64,000 nt of DNA from Haliotis rubra. Its lineage: Eukaryota. Both the position numbers and the translations under genes were made by a program. This document shows positions 14,501 to 25,500 of this stretch, one piece after another. Positions within the stretch are counted from its first letter, which is position 1, and each line of letters opens with the position of its first letter. The notes beneath the pieces were generated by a model. The model was not told the origin of the DNA. It did not search any database and saw only the letters and a list, made by a program, of their open reading frames with translations. The DNA lies in the NCBI RefSeq assembly GCF_003918875.1, contig NW_025765858.1, forward strand, positions 248,001-312,000. The letters are read 5' to 3'.

Positions 14501-16694
14501 TGAAAGCAGTGGGTAACAGAAAATGAAATACCCACTCAACATTCATAATACCCACTCCCAAAAAATACAGTGGGTACAGTACCACATGAGCTAAATCTTA
14601 TCTGGAGCTCTGTACTCTAATCAGTGATGTGAAATATATTCACGATTTCTTTCAGAATTTTGGGGGGGCATTTTAGCACAAAGTTACTATTTAGTTTATT
14701 GTCGATCTCTCCACATTTAGTAATAATATAAACGATTATCGATTTCTATGATACATATCGATAGCTAGACTAACAGCTACTCTCTGAAATGAACATATTT
14801 TACTAAAAAAAGTTCATAGTAAAACAATATATATATATAATGAAAAGGAGCTCTGAGACTTTCTTCATTTCTGAAGCTGAGGAAATCTAGACTTGCCACA
14901 TTTTCTAGACTTGCGTGGGCTTTCTTGGATATATTTGCTTCAGGGTCTGTACGACAGACTAATCGATAGCCAGCCCTACATATTAGAGATCAGGCCATCA
15001 TTTGTTACTTTCAACTTCCTGGACAATTGTTTTAGGCGATTATGGCTGCCTGAATGACAACGGTTTAACGCCTCTTTTCGCAATACTCACTCACTCACTC
15101 TTACAACTCTGAATATCGCACAGACAAGGTAGGGAGTGACAGTTTACTTTAACGCCGCTTCTAACAATGTTCCAGCACCATCACGACGGGGGGACACCAG
15201 AAATGGGCTTCACACATTGTACGTCATAGCAATGTTGGGAATCGAACCCGGGTCTTTAGGCAACTAGGCAACACCACTGTCCGACAAAGCAAACATGAAG
15301 TGGAAACACATTTCCACACATATTCAGACTTTGATGACGACCCTAACTTCCTCCTGACGGTTATTGTAAATTAGTCATGCAAAGGCTGTATTAAAATATT
15401 CACCACAGTTAGAGATGGACTAAAGGAATATCTGAACTATAAACACAGGAATATTTTTCATCTCAGGTAGATTATCGTTAACATTTAACAGTTAAAGGTT
15501 GTGTTAATGCGTATGTTGGGCTTAGCGTTGTTCTGAGTGAGTTTGGTTTTACGCTGCTTTTTTGCAATATTCCAGCAATATCACAGTGGGGGACACCAGA
15601 AATGGGCTTCACACATTGTACCCATATGGGGAATCGAACCCGGGTCTTCGGCATGACGAACGAACGTTTTAAGCACTTGGTTACCCCACCGCTGTTGAAA
15701 GAATTCAAATAATATCACAGTGCGTCAATTTCGTCAACTTTTTGGGGGACGATTTTAATCACTTCAGTTAAAACCATGAGTACTGTTTCGGTGCTGTGAA
15801 ATAGTACACACGATCCTGGCACAACTAAACCAGGTACCACTATAGATATTGTTTGACCTCTTAAAAATATTAACTTACACAATTTTGCATTTAAAGCAGG
15901 CCCGGACTGAATAAACAGAGCATATTTAAATACATTGTATACGTTTTTCCTACCTGTCAACACCCGTTAAGGTCCGGGTTAGAATGAACCTTCAGTAACC
16001 CATGCTTGTCGTAAGAGGCGACTAACGGGATTGGGTGGTCAGGCTCGCTGGCTTGGTTGACACATGTGATCTGTTCCCAATTGTCCAGGTCGATGTTCAT
16101 GCTGTTGATCACTGGATTGTCTGATCCAGACTCGATTATTTACAGACCGCCGCCATATAGCGGGAATATTACTGAGTTCGGCGAAAAACTAACTCACTCA
16201 CTCACTCACTCCTACCTGTCAACAAAACATCTCCTTTAAAGAGCCGACAAAGGGATTTGACCACCTCGAATCCTAGACCTTTGTTGCCCCCGGTCACCTG
16301 TAATAATAATGATAGATAGACAGATATGCTAATTACAGGTTAAACGAAACATTCACTTAACTACACAACTACGTCGTGTGATATGAAACAGGAGAGAAAA
16401 TGTGTAGACTGTGATTTGTTGTAGTCGTAAACGCATGCTGGGAAACTCCAGTCACATGATTTGAAAAGAGGTCGGAAAGCGGAACGAAATCAAAGTCCTA
16501 CATTTAGTATCAACCAAGAAATGAGAATACTGCCCGCTCAGTCTTCCACGAAGATTCAAATTCTATATTCAGCCAATAAACTGAACTGTCACGTGTATAC
16601 CCGATCGCGACCAATTCACGTGACAGTAATCCCAACGAAGTCGATGTGTTCCTGCTCTTACCACTGCGACTCGTGTCCCGACAGCCTCAGCCAT
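5532..16694 (-). CDS. CBR1: Carbonyl reductase [NADPH] 1-like short-chain dehydrogenase/reductase, 8 coding exons, about 283 aa
   Basis: Exons 16694-16662, 16297-16216, 13546-13368, 12661-12549, 10448-10320, 8912-8774, 7885-7822 and 5644-5532. All introns are GT-AG with consistent phases. Motifs: VAVVTGGNKGLG (Rossmann TGxxxGxG), FFQLDI, GGLDVLVNNAG, RVVNVSS, AYGVSK (YxxxK), NACCPGWCRTDMGG, EEGADTIVYLA. Confidence 0.93.
7908..8580. repeat. 20-bp minisatellite (GACATAGTAACATATGCTCT)n in CBR intron 6
   Basis: About 33 tandem units are directly visible. Confidence 0.95.
10502..10860 (-). mobile_element. SINE family 1 (about 360 bp, tRNA-like head, (CACCT)n tail), representative copy
   Basis: Head with A/B-box-like GGTGTAGTGG..GGTTCGATCCC. 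Near-identical copies at about 4054-4340(+), 20210-20508(+), 27402-27720(+), 40555-40910(-), 51600-51957(-) and 62571-62903(+). Source of the recurring [13 protein letters not shown] ORFs. Confidence 0.85.
11417..11943. repeat. 40-bp minisatellite (ATGGGACGTCAAACCCCATTTCACCKCACCATCTCTTGAG)n in CBR intron 4
   Basis: About 13 near-identical units. Confidence 0.95.
13988..14978. mobile_element. hAT-like MITE containing a second nested TIR element (14123-14612)
   Basis: TIRs TAGGGCTGGCTA and TAGCCAGCCCTA with ATCGAT subterminal motifs. The inner element ends are CAGAGGCCCAGATAAG and CTTATCTGGAGCTCTG. Confidence 0.65.
15963..16209 (+). mobile_element. SINE family 3 (about 250 bp, GTCGTAAGAGGCGACTAA core, probably V-SINE-like), representative of about 15 copies
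   Basis: 15-bp TSD TCCTACCTGTCAACA. Other copies near 1091, 3332, 6770-7024, 9356-9577, 13019-13261, 16813-16965, 18235-18500, 19946, 22050-22430, 25212-25451, 26349-26581 and 57297-57538. The 3' tail GCTGGAATATTGCT..CGGCGTAAAAC is shared with family 2. Confidence 0.8.
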
Positions 16695-17367
16695 TCTCGT
16701 CAGCGAGGAGTCCAGGCTAAAGGGAGGCAACTCGTGAACTCGTAAGCGGACCAAGGCCGCTTCATCTGAGAATGATTGTGTTGCCGCCACTGAACGTGTG
16801 CGACTTTACACGGTGAGTGAGTGAGTTTAGTTCTGCGCCGCTCTAAGCAATATTCCAGCTACGTGGCGGCGGTCTGCAAATAATCGACCACCCGATCCCA
16901 TTAGTCGCCTCTTCCGACAAGCATGAGTTACTGAAGATCAATTCTAACCCGGATCTTCACGGGTCCGACGTTACACGGAATGAAGAAAATATATATGTGG
17001 ATATATTAAGTTCATAGATCAGTTGATGAATTTAAAACAAATATGTATTCAATTAAGCGAATACATTGATATATCACTGGAACGTTTGTTAAAAAGTTGA
17101 ACTTTTTTGTATGTAACATAAAATGTAATATATTTTTAAAAATACAATTTTTGTATGTTTTACCGTTACCCGCAACGCAATAAACATTTTAATTAATTAA
17201 TAAAGATAAATCAAACACAAAATTATTAATATTATGATAACGCATGGATTGTTGAGCCATAATGAAATTTGCATTAAATATACCTGTTTTTACTGGTGTG
17301 ACAATTGGTTGAAACGTTTTTAACAATTTCAAAACATACTACATGACAAAAACAATATTTATATAAT

Positions 17368-17378
<11 letters not shown>

Positions 17379-17401
<23 letters not shown>

Positions 17402-17459
17402 CACAGAGAGAAAGAGAGAGAGAGAGAGCGCGAGAAAGAAAGAGAAGCAGAGAGAGAGA
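17379..17459. repeat. (GA)n microsatellite
   Basis: Directly visible. Confidence 0.9.
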
Positions 17460-18037
17460 TTTTACAGATACATAGGTATAGTTATATATAGTTCTACTTA
17501 TGTATTATATATACTAGTAATTATGTATTATTATATATACTCCCCACCATAGTGAGTTTACTAAAGTCAACTCTTCTAAACTTGATTTTGCAATATTTTC
17601 CATACTGTTTAAAGGTACTGTTTACACATGAACTGGTGTATTGTAAAACAAATTCGTAACGTTGAAAAGATTATTGTCATGGGTTAAAAAAGATGATTCA
17701 ACTGAGTGAAAATTGGCGATTTTTTAACAACATTTTACACCACAACACAGCTGTTCACATGCACGATATTTGCACATGCTTTTAGCAATTTAATGCATGA
17801 TCCTCGTGCAATTCATCTGCATAAAATGTGCAGTTGGTTTCCCTAAGTTAGTGGAGAAATTCATCTTCGATGTACCCACACATATATGCATAACATATAG
17901 TAAGTGCTTTAAGTGAGTCTAAACCTTTAATGGGTAGTATATTATGTATTAGTTATATTTCCCGACTGCATCATATTAAAAAAACGTGTACGAATTACGC
18001 GGAACCCTTGATGTAAATAATATTACCTAGTATCCCT

Positions 18038-18146
18038 GGGCCTAGATATTCTAAGCTCTATTAGCGCAAAGATAGTCGTAAGTTAATGTTAATGAATGGC
18101 ACTTACGATTATCTTAGCGCTAAGAGAGCTTCGAAAATCTAGGCCC
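18038..18146. mobile_element. Short palindromic MITE
   Basis: GGGCCTAGAT..TTAGCGC..GTCGTAAG versus CTTACGA..GCGCTAA..ATCTAGGCCC forms a near-perfect fold-back. Confidence 0.65.
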
Positions 18147-18585
18147 GGGTTTTTAGGTAGTATTTTTTGTTTCACGTAGTAATATTGTTGCAATCTTGTC
18201 AGCAGGGAGCGTAAATGTAACCAATATCTAATATGTGAGTGAGTGAGTTAAGTTTTACGCCGCACTCAGCAATACTCCAGCTATATGGCGGCGGTCTGTA
18301 AATAATCGAGTCTAGACCAGACAATCCAGTGATCAACAGCACGAGCATCGATCTGCGCAAATGGGAACCGATGACATGTCAACCAAGTCAGCGAGCCTGT
18401 CCACCCGATCCCGTTAGTCGCCTCTTACGACAAGCATAGTCGCCTTTTGTGGCAAGCATGGGTTGCTGAAGACCTATTCTACCCCGGATCTTCACGGGTC
18501 TCTTATATGTGAAACGGCACTATTAACCATTGCGCCCATACGTACTATGCTCTCCCATTCCGTAGGCTGTGTACGATATTATAGT

Positions 18586-18954
18586 TAGGGTTGTCGTAGA
18601 TATATATATAGATACTGGAGATAGTTAACTAAATATCGAACGATTATCGATAAATATATCGGACACGTAACTTTGAGCACAAATGCCTAAATGTCTGAAA
18701 GAAAGATATATATTTCACATCACTGGTGAGTGGTTACATGTTTTTGCATGGATAATTAACAAAACAGCGCCCTGAACATAATTTAAAAGCAGACCATAAA
18801 CAAAATTTGTATATTATGTGAGAAAATTAAAACTTTTTTCTATCACAAACGTTAGCGAATGATATTATCGATAGCACAAATTTCATATCGATAATCATTG
18901 ATGTATTTCCTATCGACGATATTTCCGATAACTGATCATTTTAGCCAGCCGTAT
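18586..18954. mobile_element. Second copy of the hAT-like MITE, inverted relative to 13988-14978 and without the nested insert
   Basis: Ends TAGGGTTGTCG and TAGCCAGCCGTA. Internal ATATTTCACATCACTG is the reverse complement of sequence at 14623-14638. Confidence 0.55.
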
Positions 18955-21067
18955 TTGCAATATAATGAGGTACAGGTATCCATATTCCGATACGCTTTGC
19001 GATATATACGAAGCTAACCTGTGTATAGTGAACGACACTCATTGTACATGCAGAACCTATTTTCTACAAAATGGATGTTGTAGTTCTCATAACAGCATCC
19101 CAAACTTAAACGTAAACAGTGGGCAATGTAGATGATTATAAAATACAAAAGAGCTGTTCTGTCACTTCAGGATGTAAGACACAATACAAATGGAAACATT
19201 TGCCTGTCACTCTTGAAATGAGTTTGTGTTGTTGTTGTTGGGGGTTTTTTTGGGGGGTGGGGGGTGGTTATTAATCTACCCTAAAGATACGGGACTTGGC
19301 ATGAGTGAGTATGGTTTTACGCCGCCTTTAGCAATATCATGACGGGGGACACCAGAAATGGGCTTCACACTTTGTACACGACTCTTTTGCGTGACGAGCG
19401 AACGCTTTAAACACTAGGATACCTCACCACCCCAGGACATGCTATGAAATGATACACTGCTTGATGTTAGGGTGGCACAGGACTTAACATCGGTATCGTT
19501 TTACAATCGTTCTGTTTTACACACTTTTAAATACTAAAAAATAGGGAGAAAGAATTTCAATTAAACCTATGAAACCAAATTTTGAGATGATGTTAAATTT
19601 ACTTGATTTAATTTCGACTGTCACCTGTTATCCATCTCTTTGTATTACGCCCAACAACTCATAATTAAGCCATAGAGGTAATGACGAAATTGTTATTTTT
19701 TACCCAAATAAAACGGTATACAGGTGTTACGGTTAATAAATTGCCATGACAAAAGGTTTAATTATTATCACTTAACCAATGTTATAACAAACTACAAAAC
19801 ACACACTCTCGTAACAACAGGAAACTGAATTACATATGTCATTGTAGCAAGTTGCTGGTTTGGTGACGTGGATGACGTCATCATGACCCGACGGACGGAA
19901 AGTTTGCTCATGTTATCCACCCCTGGTTCTATTGGCCCATGCTTACCCGTGAACATCCGGGATTCAACAACCCATGCTTGTGGTAAGAGGCGACTAACGG
20001 GATCGGGTGGTCAGGCTTGCTGACTTGGTTGACACATGCCATCGTATCCTAACTGCGTAGATCGATGCTCATGCTGTTGATCACTGGATTGAATAATCCA
20101 GACTCGATTATTAACAGGCCGCCGCCACATAGCTCGAATATTGCTGAGTGTGGCGTTAAACAACAAACAAATTGCAATTACTCCATGCTCCATTATTCAC
20201 AGAGCAGCAGTTCGATCCCCGACCGCGTCATACCAAAAGACGTTAAAATATGGTACTTGTTGGTTCTGCCTGGCGCTCGGCATTAATGGGTACAACAAGG
20301 ACTGGTCGGCTTGGAGTCAGTATAATGTGTCTGAGTGGGGTATTCATGCTCCACTGCGGCATGGTATCTCAGTGGGCTAGCACTATAAAACCAGCTTCAG
20401 TCTGGGCTAGTACAAGCAGCCGCACATACACATACACACGCATGCACGTCGTCATATGAGCTAAATATTCTCAAGCACGACGTTAAACCCAATTTCACCT
20501 CACCTCACAGAGCAGCAGCCCTAGATACCATTGCAACCAAACAGGAGGTGGCTGAATACACTTTATTGAATTCATATACAGTAATTGCATGTTAGCACTC
20601 AAATATAAACACAGTTTAAAATGGAAAAAAGAAAAATGTGTTTTGCCAGACACAAGCATTCTAAACACGGAATGAAAGTTCTAAGCTGAGTTTAGGGTAC
20701 TCAAAACGGCAAGAATAGGTTACTGTATATTGTTGTGTTTCAAAGACGTACTTGAGTTTTGCTTGAGTTGCATTAAATCTACAACATATTGATTGGTCAT
20801 TTGATATCAGTCTAGTTGTAATATACGATGGCCAATATCAAGGAGAAGGGCACACGTTGTTCTGTGACCCTCATAAGGCAGAGTCATTTTATTCAACTAT
20901 TTTTTGAAAACTTAACAGCAAAAAATGATTGAGTTAATTTTTTTCGATACGCCATGATGAATTGTGTACTGCTAAAAAGCATGTGCGTGTTTAGTTGTTG
21001 TTGTTTTTTTTCATCATGTGAATGTTTGTGTCTGTGTGCGTGCCTGTGTTGTTTTTCTTGTGTTTAG

Positions 21068-21255
21068 NNNNNNNNNNNNNNNNNNNNNNNNNNNNNNNNN
21101 NNNNNNNNNNNNNNNNNNNNNNNNNNNNNNNNNNNNNNNNNNNNNNNNNNNNNNNNNNNNNNNNNNNNNNNNNNNNNNNNNNNNNNNNNNNNNNNNNNNN
21201 NNNNNNNNNNNNNNNNNNNNNNNNNNNNNNNNNNNNNNNNNNNNNNNNNNNNNNN
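21068..21255. other. Assembly gap (others at 34972-35184, 37939-38074 and 63530-63690)
   Basis: Runs of N. Confidence 0.99.
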
Positions 21256-21267
21256 GGTTTTTTTTTG

Positions 21268-21271
<4 letters not shown>

Positions 21272-21323
<52 letters not shown>
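21272..21323. repeat. (GT)n microsatellite next to an assembly gap
   Basis: Directly visible. Confidence 0.9.
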
Positions 21324-21325
<2 letters not shown>

Positions 21326-22578
21326 GTTTTGGGGTTTTAGCCTGTTGTGATATCAAAAGTGTGACATCAAAACTAGTTATAATAGGATCATGTTTGTTTC
21401 TAATAATGATAATAATAATGTATTTTTAAAGCGCCTAATATCCAGCATAGAGATGCTCAGTGGCGCTGTGACAATATTGGGGAAGGAAATAGTTCATATA
21501 ACTTTACAGAAAGGCAGCAGTGAATAGATGGGTCTTTAGCAGAGATTTAATAGTTTCTTTCGATGGGCTAAACTAGGGATTACTTTTGTCTGAATGTGGT
21601 CACCATGACCTACCTTGGGAAGGTGATTTATTTAACTTATCAGCGATGAGTGAAAATATCTGTTTCAGGCTACAAGCATCACCAGTGACTTTGTTACAAT
21701 AGTATGGTTATCATGAATGCATCGTCATTATATTCATAATCATCATCATTAATGATATGCTCGTCTCTCCGCCTTTTACACCGTCGTCCTTGTCGTCATC
21801 ACTGACGTCATCACTGACGATGGTAGCCGTCTTGTCATCATGGCATTCGTCGTTAATTGGAGTCGGGAAGCCTAGCAGTACACACCTCTACAGAATAACG
21901 TCCCTTAGAAGAACCAGGAACCTGTTCGAAACCCTGATTCTGTTACCATGTTTGGCAACGCCACCCTGATGTTCGTTGGTTTCACAAAATCACTTCGAAA
22001 TCAGTGAGTGAGTTGGTTTTACGCCGCTTTTAGAAATATTCCAGAAACATCAGTTTAGTTTTACGTCGTACTTAGCAATATTTCAGCTATATGTAAATAA
22101 TCGAGTCTGAACCAGACAATCCAGTGATCAGCAGCATGAGCATCGATCTACGCAATTGAGATACGATGACATGTGTCTACCAAGTCAGCTGGCCTGACCA
22201 CCCGTTCGTCGCCTACAACGGCAAGCACGGGTGACTGAAGATCAGTTCTAACCCGGATCTTCACAGGTTGTCGTCAGACTCGCTGACTTAGTTGACACGT
22301 GTCTCCCTATCAAACTACGAAGATCGATGTTGTTAAGTCGCCATAATTTCTGGTCCAGATTCGATCATTCACAGACATCCGCCATGTAGCTGGAACATTG
22401 CCGAATGCAGCGTTAAACAACCAACAAACAAAAAATCTCACATTCTGCTGGCACGCCCAGATGCCTGAAAAACTTCTGCCAATACAGTTTCTACCAACAA
22501 GAGGGGATTAACAGTGCCATTGATTTATAAAATAACATAAAAAGCGAGCCATATCAAAGCTGAAGTTTTAAGATAAGA

Positions 22579-25500
22579 TTATAAACAAGCGTCAGTGTTG
22601 TTGTAGTGCTTCCATTTCTGTATGATGGCGTACAGGCTGTCTCCGGGAGATTCCGACCAGTAACGTAGAGTCACATCTCGGCGACCTAGCAGCCTGAACG
22701 ACGTCCTCAGTTTACCGTTACGCACGCCGCACTCTAGCATCTTCTTCAAGGCGTTAAGTGCTGCCTCGCTGGGCTCCCGGTTGTTAAAATTACCGATGAA
22801 GGCGATTCCTGGTGGAAGAAAACATATCACCTTTAAACACTGAAGTTGTGCCAGGTAAATGATCATGTGTCCTACGTCTAATGGTCTACTCACAGGAAGA
22901 GAATGAACTTGTTTTGTCAAACATGAAACTACGCAGGCCAAGTATATGACTGGGAAGGGCACAACCCTACGGCCACCATTAGGTAACTGTGATTAACATT
23001 GTGCTAAAATATGCAGTGCCACTCTTATCAAATGTCTTACTTTTGCACGAGTGAATGAGTCAGTGAGTATGGTTTTACGTCGGTTTTAGCAATATTCCAG
23101 CAATATCACCAGAAATGGGATACACACAGTGTACGCATGAGGGCAATTAAACCCGCGTCTTCAGCTCGACGTGCGAACGCTTTAACTATACATTTTCACA
23201 GCTGCAAATAACAAGATTGTTTACACTGTCCTCCGCTTACCGATAGATTTACTATTGCAGCCCCCTGTGTGTGCACCAACGGCGTCCCAGCCACGACCCT
23301 CGTACACGTTGCCGTCATCGCCGATGGCGAAGTTGTAGCCGATGTCAGACCAACCTGCAAATGAACAAAAACAAATTATCAATCAAAATTACTGCCTTGT
23401 GAAATATAGAGCAGGAAGTGACTGTGAAAGCACTGAAACCAGTGAGAGAAGTATAGAAACAATAACCTTTTTATATTTGCACGTATTTAACGTTCGGAAA
23501 TTGGTCGACATCGTGTTTTTTAAACGTGCGTTTTCAGTGGGTATCTAGGACGGCAAAATAGAAATATGACATAACACATGAAGTTTTTTGAAAGGGTTCG
23601 TTCGCATGCAACTACAAACAAAGTTGTTTTTCACTGAAATTTGACTCGATATATTGGGCTGTCAATACTATACACCAAATTCCACCTGACACCTAAAAAT
23701 ACAATGTTTAAACAACACGTATTTACATGGTCGCTCGAGCAACGTGAAGGGAAAATGAGTGAGTGAGGGAGTATGGTTTTACGCCGCTTTTAGCAATATT
23801 CCAGCAATATCACAGCGGGGGACATCAAAAATGAACATTGTACCCATGCGGGGAATCGAACCCGGATCTTCGACGTGACGAGCGAACGCTTTAACCACAA
23901 AAATGACACGGAAAACACAACTGGTTTCTTGACGGGACCAACTGGAGAAATTAATTTCTTTTACTACGGAAATTACACTCAATACAACTACAAAAATATT
24001 GATATAAGCCAAAAAAAGCCAGATCAGTTCTTGATTTTGTACACGACATGCAGAAGTTTGTCAGGGGTTGGGGGATGGGGAGTAATTCACATTGTACATG
24101 CTTCTCCATACAATTCATCATCAGCATTCACCCCAAACCGCAGCCATAAACGAACTCTTACCGCGCCCATCCAGATGGAAATTCTGATAGCTCTGCATAA
24201 TTCTGACACAGTCTTCCTTCGTGCTGCAGCCGGCAGAACCTCCATGGTGGATGATGGCGTACTGAGGAACTTCAACCAGAGTCCCCACCCCCCAGGCGAG
24301 CAGGGCGTGCCCCCCACTCCGAACGGGTGATGATGACTGGACATCCGGGCAGCTGGGTGTCGGGAAGACATTCCTTATGGAAAGTTATCTCCCCCTTCCT
24401 GATCCAACCAATCTGGGAAGATAGGTTTAACAAAGGGATATATTGTAATTATTGACGAAAATCCCGTTGGATATAAATGCAACAGTGAAGAGACATATTA
24501 TTTACTAAGATAGCGTGAGTGAGTATGGTTTGACGCCGCTTTTAACAATATTCCAGCAATATCACGGCGAGGGACAACAGAAATAGGCTTCACATATTGC
24601 AACCATGTAGGGAATCGAACCCGGGTCCTCGGCGTGACAAGTGAATGTTTTAATCACTAGGCTACCCCAGCGCCCAAGCTAAGATAGCTAAGAGTTATGT
24701 AGGCTGGATCCAATTCCGACATGGTTGCTGAAGAACTGCCAGAACGCTGTGATACCATTCATAACATCGCTTGTCAATCAGAAAGGTTTCTTGTTTTATC
24801 CCTTTTATCTGCCAATTATGTAGGGAATCTACTCCAATGCCACACATGGAACAGGTGTTTGCGATTAAGAGTGGATTGTGTTATCCACTAGCTTATCCTA
24901 CTTATACAATATACGTTAGGAAGGTAATGGATAACTAAAGACATCCACCAGCTCCCGTACTTAAACATAGGACGGCATGACCATACAGAAAGAAGCTTGT
25001 TTTTAGTGTATTGTATTACAAAGCAGACAGCAGTCTCTTAGCTTCACGCCGCAGACCCGTAAACTATCTTCTATGGACCAGACATTCCCGTGGTTGATAC
25101 CATGTGTTACGACCCATACCTTCACAGTACGATGACATATAACCTTTCAAGGTCGCTGAGGGTCTATTGTCATCCTGAATAAACTACACTTTAAACCTGC
25201 TGGTCGTTACACCCGTGGAGATGCGGGTTAAAATTAATCTTCAGTAACCCACGCTTGTCGTAAGAGGAGACTAACGGGATCGGGTGGTCAGGCTCGCTGA
25301 CTTGGTTGACACATGTCATCGGTTCCCAATTGCACAGATCGATGCTCGTGCTGTTGATCACTGGATTGTCTGGTCCAGGCTCGATTATTTACAGACGCCG
25401 TCGTATAGCTAGAATATTTCTGAGTGCGGCGTAAAACTAAACTCACTCACCTACTGCTGGTCGGTAGCATTAGTAATATGGAGGAATTCAGTTTCATCAA

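Noticed and set aside
16695-16790. N-terminal extension of CBR suggested by the ORF track
   Set aside because: It starts at a non-ATG codon. The ATG at 16694 gives the normal CBR N-terminus (MAEAVGTRVAVVTG).
20991-21429. ORFs spanning N-runs (also 34769-35395, 37709-38162, 63405-63787)
   Set aside because: They are open only because of assembly gaps.
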